From positions 1,728,001-1,792,000 of the forward strand of contig CAWBOS010000010.1 in the NCBI GenBank assembly GCA_963790475.1: a stretch of DNA of 64,000 nt. The letters run 5' to 3'. Made by a program: the position numbers and the translations under genes. This document shows, in pieces, positions 32,505 to 40,904 of the stretch. The notes under the pieces were generated by a model. It saw nothing but the letters and a program-made list of their open reading frames with translations. It was not told where the DNA came from and did no database searches. Every line of letters begins with the position of its first letter. Within the stretch, counting starts at the first letter, position 1. The stretch is from an uncultured delta proteobacterium (GTDB taxonomy: Bacteria > Desulfobacterota > RBG-13-43-22).

Positions 32505-33698
32505 TTATGGGGTCTGCTCCTTAAAACTTCCCAAGAATTGAACCTGGCCTTTCCCCGTGATCATACTGAATGATACCGGTACAGTCATATGATTCTTGAT
32601 ACCATAGGTTTTTTCACCGCCGGCTCGTACCGGAATTTTATGAAAGCTTTTAAATTCCGCGGTCCGGAGCACTTTCAGGATTTCGTCGGGGTCTAAGCTC
32701 TGGGCCTTTTCAATGGCCTGCAATAGAATGTGCGGTCCCATGGAATAGGCCAGATCCGTGACTTGAAAATTCGGACAATCCTTCTTAAAATATTTTATAT
32801 TCTCCTCACCTATCGGGCTGTCGTCGTCCGGCGAAACCATGATCCCGATATATCCTTTGGAGGCTTCGACTCCGGCAATAGCTTGCCATTTTTCCAAATC
32901 CCCCGGCATGGAGCTGGGATTGGTGATGTACCCCTTGTAGCCCAATTCTCGAGATTGTTTTACAACCATGGCCACGGAACCCGGTGGTAGTTTGCAGTAT
33001 ACGAAATCCGGATTGGTCTTTAGGGTCTTGCTTAAAAAGGGATAGAAATCGGTTGTCCCAGGAGGGACCATGAGGAAATCTTTTATTTCCATACCTCTTT
33101 GCTTGGAATGTTTGATGGTATTTTCCTTAACCTGTTTGCCGTCATTGTCATCCGCCAGTACATATAAGACACTTTTAGATTTGAACTTTTCTCTCATTAA
33201 AGTATATAAAGCTTCACTTCTTTCGTCATTACTGGCGGAAACCCTGAAAAGATAAGGCCATTCCGGTTTGGGAACCCATATCGGCCCTCCGATGACAGCC
33301 AGTTTCTTTTCTTTGGTGGACAAAGGAGCCCACCCGGAAATAGATTCGGCACCGAAAGCCCCCACCAGAAAATCAACCTTATCGTTATAGATCAGCTTTT
33401 CACCGGCAGCCCTTCCACCGGCTACGGTATACTTGTCATCGGCAAAAAACATTTCGATCTTATAATTTTGTCCCTTAACCGTAATCCCTCCCCGGTCATT
33501 AAAGAATCGTTTTAAAGATTCCATGCTGCACTTGACACTCAAACCCCACTGTCCGGCCGGACCGGTCAAGGGAATGGGGGCACCCAATTTAAGAATTTTA
33601 CTTTCCGCCCCGGCTTCTTTGAGTCCTCCCACTACCAAGAGAACTGCCAAGGCAACGCCCCCTGCTACTGTCTTAAACCAGAAAATTTTCTTTCTCAT
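32505..33698 (-). CDS. ABC transporter substrate-binding protein, branched-chain amino-acid (LivK-like) family
   Basis: AGGAGG RBS before ATG 33698; signal peptide, LGAPIPLTGPAGQWG, NDRGGI, DDKY, TDFYPFL. Confidence 0.88.
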   Translation of the reverse strand: MRKKIFWFKTVAGGVALAVLLVVGGLKEAGAESKILKLGAPIPLTGPAGQWGLSVKCSMESLKRFFNDRGGITVKGQNYKIEMFFADDKYTVAGGRAAGEKLIYNDKVDFLVGAFGAESISGWAPLSTKEKKLAVIGGPIWVPKPEWPYLFRVSASNDERSEALYTLMREKFKSKSVLYVLADDNDGKQVKENTIKHSKQRGMEIKDFLMVPPGTTDFYPFLSKTLKTNPDFVYCKLPPGSVAMVVKQSRELGYKGYITNPSSMPGDLEKWQAIAGVEASKGYIGIMVSPDDDSPIGEENIKYFKKDCPNFQVTDLAYSMGPHILLQAIEKAQSLDPDEILKVLRTAEFKSFHKIPVRAGGEKTYGIKNHMTVPVSFSMITGKGQVQFLGSFKEQTP

Positions 33699-33711
33699 GG
33701 AAAACCTCCTT

Positions 33712-34869
33712 TTACCGTTGATTGAACCGTCGTCCCAGCATGGCCCCGGCGATGTTGATGCGCTGGATTTGAACCGTCCCCCCGGCCAGGGGCCAGCCGC
33801 GGCTGTCGCGCAGCATTCGTTCAATGGGATACTCTTTGGAATAGCCATAACCTCCGAAAACCTGCAGGGCCATGTCCGTAACCTCCTTGGCCATTTCATT
33901 GGAAAAACATTTGGCCACCGAGGATTCGAATACCGAAGGCAATCCGGTACCGGCATTGGTCGCCGCGCGGTAAATGAGCAATCTGGCCGCTTCAACCCTC
34001 ATAGCCATATCGGCCAGGAGGAATTGGATGGCCTGAAATTCGCAAATGGGTTTACCAAAGGCGTTCCGTTCCTGGGCATATTTCTTGGCCGCCTCCAGGG
34101 CTCCCCAGGCAATCCCCAGGGACATGGTGGCATTCCCGCAGCGTTCCACATCAAAGGCCTGCATCAATTTGGCAAAATCACCCTGAGGAATGACCAGATT
34201 CTCCTTGGGCACCAGGCAGTCTTCAAAGATCAGATCGGAGCTGGGCATTCCCTGAAGCCCCATGAACTCCTCCTGCTTCCCGAAGGAAAGACCGGGAGTA
34301 TTTTTTTCAACAACGATGCCGCCGATACCCTTGGCCCCTTTGATCTCATTGAACCGCACATAGACCATATAAAGATCGGAATGTCCCCCCCCGGAAATAA
34401 ATCGTTTTTGCCCGTTCAAAACATAATGCTCTCCCTTGAGCACGGCTTTGGTGCTCAAATCGGTAAGGGCTGATCCGGCCCCCGGCTCGGTCATAGCCAC
34501 GGACATCAGTTTTTCCCCTTTGCAGGCCGGAGGAATAAAACGTTGTTTCTGTTCTTCCGTTCCGAACTGGTCCACTACCCGAATAGGCCCCACGCTGGTT
34601 TCAAAAACAGGGAAGGCGATGATCGGGCTGACCCGGGCCAGTTCTTCAATGGCCAGGACAGCCTCAAAGGCCGTCTGTCCCCCGCCGCCGAAGCGTTCGG
34701 GCAAACAAATGCCCAAGAGACCCATCTCCGCGTACAGGGGCATTACCTTCAGGTCCAGGAACTCTCCCGATTTTTCCAATGCCGGAACCAGCGGAGCCAG
34801 ACGTTGATCGGCAAAATCATGGACCATCTTTTTGAAAATCCGTTGTTCTTCGTTTAGCTGAAAATCCAT
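33712..34869 (-). CDS. Acyl-CoA dehydrogenase
   Basis: MTEPGAGS, LNGQKRFISGG, RNAFGKPI..FQAIQF, QVFGGYGYSKEYPIER. Confidence 0.95.
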   Translation of the reverse strand: MDFQLNEEQRIFKKMVHDFADQRLAPLVPALEKSGEFLDLKVMPLYAEMGLLGICLPERFGGGGQTAFEAVLAIEELARVSPIIAFPVFETSVGPIRVVDQFGTEEQKQRFIPPACKGEKLMSVAMTEPGAGSALTDLSTKAVLKGEHYVLNGQKRFISGGGHSDLYMVYVRFNEIKGAKGIGGIVVEKNTPGLSFGKQEEFMGLQGMPSSDLIFEDCLVPKENLVIPQGDFAKLMQAFDVERCGNATMSLGIAWGALEAAKKYAQERNAFGKPICEFQAIQFLLADMAMRVEAARLLIYRAATNAGTGLPSVFESSVAKCFSNEMAKEVTDMALQVFGGYGYSKEYPIERMLRDSRGWPLAGGTVQIQRINIAGAMLGRRFNQR

Positions 34870-35119
34870 TTTCCTCCTCCTTTCAAAATCCCAATAGGTC
34901 TTTCTACTGATTCAGATTTTATTACAATTTACTAAAATGGGACATCTTCCTTCTACCTGTTAATAAAATGATAGTAAAGAAGATTAAACCACCAATTTGG
35001 CTGGAGTGAACCCGATAGGCGCTGTCTGCCAAGCGTATTATTCAAAACCAATTATAATGAACTTAGGTAGTTACGTTTAGGTGATTTTATATTTTATTGA
35101 ATAAGCTGAAACTTCCTGA

Positions 35120-35154
35120 TATTATCCAGAAAACAGTTCAATAATATGTTAGGC
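35120..35154 (+). other. attI-like site (GTTAGGC core without an attC palindrome)
   Basis: AT-rich ATTATCCAGAAAACAGTTCAATAATAT-GTTAGGC before the first cassette gene; core matches the complement of the cassette-1 R'' at 6/7 positions. Confidence 0.5.
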
Positions 35155-35219
35155 GTCCTGTTGGAGGGAACAAGGAAGTGAATGGGGCATGCGAAAATGA
35201 TTATTATAGGGAGAGCGCT

Positions 35220-35654
35220 ATGAACGAATCGAAAGTAGAGAAAAAGGCGTCGGAGCCGTTAGTCGGCAAGGAGCGGGTTCAGATTCTGCTCCACGAATAC
35301 AACGGCCTCCGCAACGAAATCATCCACCGGACGAACAACTTATTCCAGGTTATCGGCGTCGGGGTGATAGTTCTCGGTTGGCTTACGAATAGTCGTGATT
35401 TTGACTGTAAACTTATCATCTCGCTGCTTGTAGGCTTAGTGACACTTGCCTGTCTTCTCTGGTTAATCCATCGCGATATAGACAAGGCCGCGGAAAGATT
35501 GGCAGAGATTGAGGATTATGTGGACAAGGAAACCGGTGAGTGGTATCTGTTGCGGTGGGAGAGGCTGTGGGGCGGACGAAAGACTGGATACTGGTTACGA
35601 GCGCGTCCTTTGCCAGTTCCTCCTCCCAGACCCAAACCGTCAGATGGTGCATGA
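35220..35654 (+). CDS. Cassette gene: hypothetical two-TM membrane protein
   Basis: LLHEYNGLRNEI helix followed by two hydrophobic segments; flanked by att sites. Confidence 0.75.
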   Translation: MNESKVEKKASEPLVGKERVQILLHEYNGLRNEIIHRTNNLFQVIGVGVIVLGWLTNSRDFDCKLIISLLVGLVTLACLLWLIHRDIDKAAERLAEIEDYVDKETGEWYLLRWERLWGGRKTGYWLRARPLPVPPPRPKPSDGA

Positions 35655-35742
35655 ACTGGGCAAAGCGGCCGGAAGGGCGAAGAGGACGTTGGTGAAATAT
35701 TGAAATTTGATGAGGACAACCTATTGATTTGTAATACGAATT

Positions 35743-35803
35743 TCCTAACCAGCGCGTTCAGCGAATCCGCGCCATGCGCTTCTCGCTGACGCCTATGTTA
35801 GGT
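35743..35803 (+). repeat. attC site (61 bp)
   Basis: R'' TCCTAAC, arms CGTTCAGCGA/TCGCTGACG with one extrahelical base, R' GTTAGGT. Confidence 0.85.
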
Positions 35804-35821
35804 CCTTGATGGATAGCAACC

Positions 35822-36610
35822 GTGCGTCTTGAGATATCGTGTAGCAAATGCTCGGATCAGATCGCCCCCGGTGAATCACGCACCGTTTATTCGCGCATAT
35901 GCTCGGTGTGCAACGACGGAGTCTACGAAATCGAATGTCCGCAGGGGCATCGCACGATAACGGTCCTTCGCACCCCTAAGCATGAGGTACTTTACACCAT
36001 CGGAGCCAATGCCCTTCTAGACGGATATTTCAGAGACGCCATTGCTTCGTTTGCAGGAGCCTTGGAAAGGTATTACGAATTTGCTCTGAGGGTCATCTCA
36101 CGACAAAAGGAGATCGCGCCTGATGCATTGGAGTCTATTTGGAAAGTGATGTCGAGGCAATCAGAAAGGCAATTCGGTGCGTTCATCGTTGTCTGGTTGC
36201 TGGAAACCGGCAAACCGTATACTTCGCTACCGCAAGCACAGATTGATAAGCAAACCACTCTACGAAATGATGTCGTGCATAAAGGGAAGATCCCTACCCT
36301 TAAAGAATGCGTAAAGTATGGTGAGTACGTTTTGGATGTAGTAGCGCCCATCGAGCAGGTGCTACTTGCTAACTACGCCGCAGCACATAAAGACGAGTGT
36401 TTCGCCCACGCCCGGGACGTTAGCAAGGCCAAGTCTTCGCCAATCACTGTGCTAAGTATATTTTCCGTGTTCAATGCTGCACTGCAGAGCGCCCATAAGC
36501 TGGAACCGGCCCTGGCTAGGCTCCGTAAACTTCGGGAGCGTGATGGCTATCCGATCGTTGGGTCAGAGTATTCGAAGAGCCGGGTTGTTACTCATCTAAT
36601 AAAGTCGTGA
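35822..36610 (+). CDS. Cassette gene: N-terminal Zn-ribbon plus HEPN-like domain protein
   Basis: CSKC..CSVC..CPQGH; DGYFRDAIASFAGALER helix; Rx4H motif LRNDVVH. Confidence 0.65.
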   Translation: MRLEISCSKCSDQIAPGESRTVYSRICSVCNDGVYEIECPQGHRTITVLRTPKHEVLYTIGANALLDGYFRDAIASFAGALERYYEFALRVISRQKEIAPDALESIWKVMSRQSERQFGAFIVVWLLETGKPYTSLPQAQIDKQTTLRNDVVHKGKIPTLKECVKYGEYVLDVVAPIEQVLLANYAAAHKDECFAHARDVSKAKSSPITVLSIFSVFNAALQSAHKLEPALARLRKLRERDGYPIVGSEYSKSRVVTHLIKS

Positions 36611-36617
36611 CAACATG

Positions 36618-36678
36618 GCCTAACCCATTACTCCAGGGGACGCTCCTATCGTCGCGCCCCTAAGTTCAGGCGTTGCCT
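36618..36678 (+). repeat. attC site (61 bp) with non-canonical R'
   Basis: R'' GCCTAAC 7 nt after the stop; arms ACTCCAGGGG/CCCCTAAGT; GTTGCCT. Confidence 0.75.
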
Positions 36679-36808
36679 CTAACGGGTCCATGTCCCGGTC
36701 GGCGCCGCCGCAGCGACACCAACCAGGCCATTGGACACCGATGTCATTCGTTTGCATGGGCCTTCGGCACCGCAAGCTTCGTGCCAGGGGTCAACGCCGC
36801 ATTGGGCG
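36669..36808 (+). repeat. ~140-bp long attC-like element, copy A
   Basis: Colinear with 38380-38516; ends GGTCAACGCCGC-ATTGGGC. Confidence 0.7.
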
Positions 36809-36827
36809 TATTACAAAGGAGGTATCT

Positions 36828-37196
36828 ATGGGAGATGCTCAGTTTGAGTTCGTATGGCCAGGGCTACCTGTTGCAATCCCAGGACTAATCATTGTTTTAG
36901 TGTTGCCAGCGTGGCTGATGTGGATTGTCTTTAAGCACATGTCGTTTTCAACTTGGAAGAAGGTGTTTCTGGTACCGGTTTGTTTTATTGGTCCTTTCCT
37001 CGTTACGGCATTATGGCCTTTAGCTCTGAAGGTAAGCGGAATCATCGGGTTCACAGGCCCCGGGGACTACCAACCTCCATATGGTTGGTATGCCCAAGAA
37101 TTGTTTGGCCGTTTCAGCGACTACGTTTGGGCGAGCCTCACAGGCTTGGCAATCTTGGGCTTTCGGGGCCTCGTCAAATCGAAAACCAGGCATTAG
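36828..37196 (+). CDS. Cassette gene: small three-TM membrane protein
   Basis: AAGGAGG RBS before ATG 36828; three hydrophobic segments. Confidence 0.75.
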   Translation: MGDAQFEFVWPGLPVAIPGLIIVLVLPAWLMWIVFKHMSFSTWKKVFLVPVCFIGPFLVTALWPLALKVSGIIGFTGPGDYQPPYGWYAQELFGRFSDYVWASLTGLAILGFRGLVKSKTRH

Positions 37197-37225
37197 CCAC
37201 CGGTGGCTGAACTCTATCGTTAGCC
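37180..37225 (+). repeat. Short degenerate attC overlapping the gene end
   Basis: Palindrome AGCCACCGGTGGCT then GAACTCTATC-GTTAGCC. Confidence 0.55.
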
Positions 37226-37299
37226 CTCAATATGGGTAATGGGAATGCTCTTTAATAATTTAATTGGCACCATATTTGTAGGAGATTAATAATCATGAT

Positions 37300-37352
37300 A
37301 TGCCAAGGACAGCAAGATTGATGCTCCCGGCTCTTTTCGCCATGTAACGGGA
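37300..37352 (+). mobile_element. N-terminal remnant of a REP-associated/Y1 tyrosine transposase
   Basis: MPRTAR-(frameshift)-DAPGSFRHVTG resembles the MPRxARIDAPGxxHH start of RAYT-like transposases. Confidence 0.5.
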
Positions 37353-37480
37353 TCGGATTTTCTGCGGAGGGGGGAGAATCAATCGAAAAGTGGAATATTA
37401 TGCTTGCAGGTTATGTTAATAAATTTTAAAAGAGCGTCTCGCCTTGATTCCATTGGGAGACACGAGGCTACACAAGACGT

Positions 37481-38326
37481 ATGGGCGATCATTACATTCC
37501 ACAATACTATCTCAGGGGGTTCTGTCGAGGATTTGGTCGCCGGCTGTGGGTGTACGATAAGAAAGAGAACCGTAAATTCCCGACCCAGGTAAAGAGCATT
37601 GCCAATATATGTGGTCTTTACCCGCAGGATCTCGAGAAATACCTTTCGGAGGACATTGAGAATCCTGCGAACCGGGTGCTTGATAAGATCCATAACCGAA
37701 AGCCTCTAACTTCAGATGATAAAATTATCCTTTCGAACTACATTGCAGTGATGTGGAAAAGGGTTCCAGAAGGCAAGACTCGTTTAAAGGAGCGTGCACC
37801 CAAGATTGCCGAAGATTTGCGTACAGCATTGCACCGACAGTTAGATGAGGCTCTCTTAAAAAGCCCCGAAAAGGAAACCATCGCTCAACGCCGAAAAGCA
37901 GAAATTGATGAGATTCTTGATAGATTCTCCTGTGATCCTCCAGAAGAAATCTGGCACAACGTAATACCTATTGACCGAACGCCTCGAATGGCTCAGAGTA
38001 TTGCCACGATGACATGGCAGTTCATTACATTTGATGAAAAGCCCGTCTTCCTAACAGGAGACAACCCTGTATTCTATTTTCGTTCTCTTGGAATTGGGAA
38101 GATCGAATCTGAGTTGTCTTTTCCTGTTTCTAGCTATGTGACCCTCTGGGCAACCCGAAGGATTGATCTCCCAGAAGGTTATTTCCCCACAAGTATGGCA
38201 ATCGTTAAAGAAATGAACCGCAGAATAGCAAGTATTTCTACGAGGTATGTCTTTCATGCAGAAGAAGAGGATTGGATTCTCCACTTCCTTGCAAAGAAGA
38301 ACTGGAAGCTCAATAGAGTTGTATAA
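37481..38326 (+). CDS. DUF4238 domain protein
   Basis: HYIPQYYLRGF N-terminal motif, FLTGDNPV, FPVS. Confidence 0.82.
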   Translation: MGDHYIPQYYLRGFCRGFGRRLWVYDKKENRKFPTQVKSIANICGLYPQDLEKYLSEDIENPANRVLDKIHNRKPLTSDDKIILSNYIAVMWKRVPEGKTRLKERAPKIAEDLRTALHRQLDEALLKSPEKETIAQRRKAEIDEILDRFSCDPPEEIWHNVIPIDRTPRMAQSIATMTWQFITFDEKPVFLTGDNPVFYFRSLGIGKIESELSFPVSSYVTLWATRRIDLPEGYFPTSMAIVKEMNRRIASISTRYVFHAEEEDWILHFLAKKNWKLNRVV

Positions 38327-38351
38327 GGTACTTCCAAAGGAAAGATAGGTG

Positions 38352-38516
38352 GCGACAACATCGTCGTTCGCCGATGCGGGGTTGTCCTACCGGGTTCATC
38401 CCCCGGTCGGCACCAGAGCATCTGCACCATCCTGGCATTGGATACCAATATCACTTGTTTGCATGGGTTCTTCGGCCAAAAAAGCTTCGTGCTAAGGGTC
38501 AACGCCGTATTAGCCG
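38352..38516 (+). repeat. Long attC-like element, copy B
   Basis: Starts GCGACAAC just after the DUF4238 stop; colinear with 36669-36808; ends GGTCAACGCCGT-ATTAGCC. Confidence 0.7.
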
Positions 38517-38633
38517 TCTTGATTTACCGAGGAGAGATGCACAGCTCGGGGGAGAAATGTTCTGCCCGGACCATCTTGCTTCCAAGACAGGGCGCTCATC
38601 TTTGCATTCGGTTCAATCATTCGGAGGTATGTA

Positions 38634-38918
38634 ATGCTGTTCATGGTCATTGAACGTTTCAAAGACAACGACATGGTGCCCATCTATCGGCAGGTGCGGG
38701 ATGGATCAAGGCTTCTTCCCGGCGGGTTAAAGTACATCGATAGCTGGGTCGAGCCAAACTTCAGCCGATGCTTTCAGCTCATGGAGTGCGACGACGTTCG
38801 CCTCTTTCAGCAATGGGTGCTCGAATGGCGCGGATTCGGCGTGACCATAGAGATAGTTCCTGTTGTCGGCAGCGCAGATACGCAGGCCGTCGTGGCGCCT
38901 TACCTCGACAAAACGTGA
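38634..38918 (+). CDS. DUF3303-like small protein
   Basis: GGAGG RBS; MLFMVIERF...GLKYIDSWVEPNFSRCFQLMECDD...EIVPVV. Confidence 0.78.
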   Translation: MLFMVIERFKDNDMVPIYRQVRDGSRLLPGGLKYIDSWVEPNFSRCFQLMECDDVRLFQQWVLEWRGFGVTIEIVPVVGSADTQAVVAPYLDKT

Positions 38919-38991
38919 AACCGGTCGCCGTATTGCTCTCGGCATTGGGTAATGGAAAATCTCTTTAATAATTCAATAGGAATAACCATAT

Positions 38992-40317
38992 ATGAACCCT
39001 ATCTGTATTGTAGACGATGAATCTTTCATCTGTTCCACAGTAGCGAGCATCCTGAAAGACGAGGGGTATCAGGCCATCGTATTTCCTGACGCAGAGAGCT
39101 TCTGGCAGGGGCTCGATACAATGGAGCCCTCTCTCGCCCTGCTGGATATCTGGCTCCCGGGCATAGATGGAATGCAACTCCTGAAAAATCTGCATGGCCG
39201 ATTCCCGGCACTCCCCATTATCATGATGAGCGGACATGCCGGCATCGAGACGGCGGTAGCCGCGATAAAGGCCGGTGCCTACGATTTTCTGGAAAAACCG
39301 CTGCATCTGGAGGTTTTACTCGACAAGGTGAAGTCTGCCCTTAATCATCGATCTTCCGGGGGCGGCGCAACCCTGCCTTCGGATACGAGGCTTGAGATCG
39401 CCAGTGCGGACCTTTTGATGCCTCCCGGCATGGTGGAGGTAGTGAATTCACCCCAACCTCAACGCGCCCTCAGGGGGAATGTTGTCCTTAACGGTATAGG
39501 GCTTATGAGCGGCCGGAACACAGGTATCATCCTGAGTCCCCTGGGAATAGACGAAGGGATCGTCTTTCAAACTCTTGACGGTCAAACCATCCGTGGACAT
39601 ATCACCTCCCTGGGGAATTTTTCCCAAACGGTCTCATCGAAGACCTTCTCTGCCAACTCCACCACCCTGGACAACGGCAGGCAGCGGGTGCGCACGGTTG
39701 AACACCTGATGGCGGCTCTTTCCATGTTCGGCATAACCAACGTGCTCATAAAGGTCGACGACGAAGTACCGAACATTGACGGCTCCGCCAAGGACTTCAG
39801 CGACCTCATAGCACAGGCAGGGATAGAGGAACAGCCAGCCTTCACCAGGGTCGCTGTCATCCGCCAGAAGCTCGGAGTGGGCAGCGAGGAGAGGCAAGAA
39901 AAGCATCTCTATGCGGAGCCCTTTGAAGGGTTTGAAATATCAATGAGGGTTGACTACCCTCCACCCATAGGGGAACAGATTCTCACTTTCAATCCTGAAA
40001 AAGGATCTTTTGCCAATGATATAGCCCCTGCCCGCTCATTCAACACCTTTGAGAATATCGAAATGGCCCAGAAGCTGGGAAAGGTCGGTGGCGGGTATCT
40101 CCATTCCCACATCATCATGTACGACGGCAAGGTCATCAATACGGAACTCCGTTATCCCGACGAATTCGTGCGTCACAAGATATTGGACCTGATCGGAGAC
40201 CTCTACCTCCTCGGTTTCTCCATCAGAGGACGCATTACGGCCAACATGACCTCTCACGGTTACAATCAGGCCCTGGTGGAACGCTTATACCAGGCTATTC
40301 AGAGCAGCTCCAAATGA
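38992..40317 (+). CDS. lpxC: Fusion of a response-regulator receiver domain with UDP-3-O-acyl-GlcNAc deacetylase LpxC
   Basis: Receiver: D8/D9, D52 (LLDIWLP), S80, K102. LpxC: QRAL..GIGL.SG, TVEHLMAAL, EVPNIDGSA, IAPARSF, LRYPDEFVRHKILDLIGDL, SHGYN. Confidence 0.9.
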   Translation: MNPICIVDDESFICSTVASILKDEGYQAIVFPDAESFWQGLDTMEPSLALLDIWLPGIDGMQLLKNLHGRFPALPIIMMSGHAGIETAVAAIKAGAYDFLEKPLHLEVLLDKVKSALNHRSSGGGATLPSDTRLEIASADLLMPPGMVEVVNSPQPQRALRGNVVLNGIGLMSGRNTGIILSPLGIDEGIVFQTLDGQTIRGHITSLGNFSQTVSSKTFSANSTTLDNGRQRVRTVEHLMAALSMFGITNVLIKVDDEVPNIDGSAKDFSDLIAQAGIEEQPAFTRVAVIRQKLGVGSEERQEKHLYAEPFEGFEISMRVDYPPPIGEQILTFNPEKGSFANDIAPARSFNTFENIEMAQKLGKVGGGYLHSHIIMYDGKVINTELRYPDEFVRHKILDLIGDLYLLGFSIRGRITANMTSHGYNQALVERLYQAIQSSSK

Positions 40318-40370
40318 AGGCGATAAAAGAACTTAATCGGAAATATGCGGCAGGATCTTACAGCTAGGAA

Positions 40371-40560
40371 ATGAATCGGTCCATTGTGCATGTGGCGATA
40401 GTGGTTGAAGACTACGACGAGGCAATCGACTTTTATACCACGAAGCTGGGTTTCGAGCTGATTGAGGACACCTACATCCCGAAACAGAACAAACGTTGGG
40501 TATTGGTTTGAGGACCTGTATGGTAACCTCTGGGATCTGTTGGAGCACAAGGACGGACAC
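40371..40560 (+). pseudogene. VOC/glyoxalase-family gene with an internal deletion
   Basis: MNRSIVHVAIVVEDYDEAIDFYTTKLGFELIEDTY..KRWVLV joined out of frame to the C-terminal FEDLYGNLWDLLEHK. Confidence 0.8.
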
Positions 40561-40602
40561 CGTTTTTCACAAAAGAGATCACAACCGTGCGTGCCGCTAA
40601 TC

Positions 40603-40661
40603 GACGAACAAGCAGGCTCTACAACGACGGTCCCTGACCAGGCGTGAACGACCGCTTGGGA
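40603..40661 (+). repeat. Possible degenerate attC
   Basis: GACGAAC-AAGCAGGCTCTACAACG...GCGTGAACGACCGC-TTGGGA between the VOC remnant and the TA pair. Confidence 0.3.
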
Positions 40662-40715
40662 TAAGTTGAAGTCGGCTCAGTTTAGTGCTATTCTATGAAA
40701 AAAGGAGGGAATACT

Positions 40716-40904
40716 ATGTCGATAATCATGGAAAAGGAGGAAGCCCATAGGATCATCGATCGGATGCCGCCAAATGCTACTTGGGATGATTTGATGCGAG
40801 AGATTTATGTCCGAGAGGCAGTTGAGCGCGGGTTGGCTGACAGCAATGCAGGCCGGACCAAGGACGTGAAAGAGGTCCGGGCGAAGTACGGTTTACCGGA
40901 ATGA
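40716..40904 (+). CDS. Putative antitoxin
   Basis: GGAGG RBS; IDRMPPNATWDDLM..IYVREAVERGLAD..AGR; ATGA overlap with the toxin; TTGAAG-N17-TATTCT promoter at 40666-40694. Confidence 0.78.
   Translation: MSIIMEKEEAHRIIDRMPPNATWDDLMREIYVREAVERGLADSNAGRTKDVKEVRAKYGLPE

Noticed and set aside
33523-34473. 316-aa + strand ORF and the 33995 start of the binding-protein ORF
   Set aside because: Both overlap the acyl-CoA dehydrogenase; the binding protein has a clear RBS and signal peptide from 33698
34870-35120. Integron integrase or its remnant next to the attI-like site
   Set aside because: No tyrosine-recombinase motif recognisable in any frame
36690-36827. N-terminal extension of ORF 36690..37196, and ORFs 36673..36888 and 38374..38634
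   Set aside because: They translate the repeated attC-like element; the real gene has AAGGAGG before ATG 36828
35743-38516. Repeats as a CRISPR array
   Set aside because: Repeats are diverged, separated by whole genes and attC-shaped; no cas genes or regular spacers in the window
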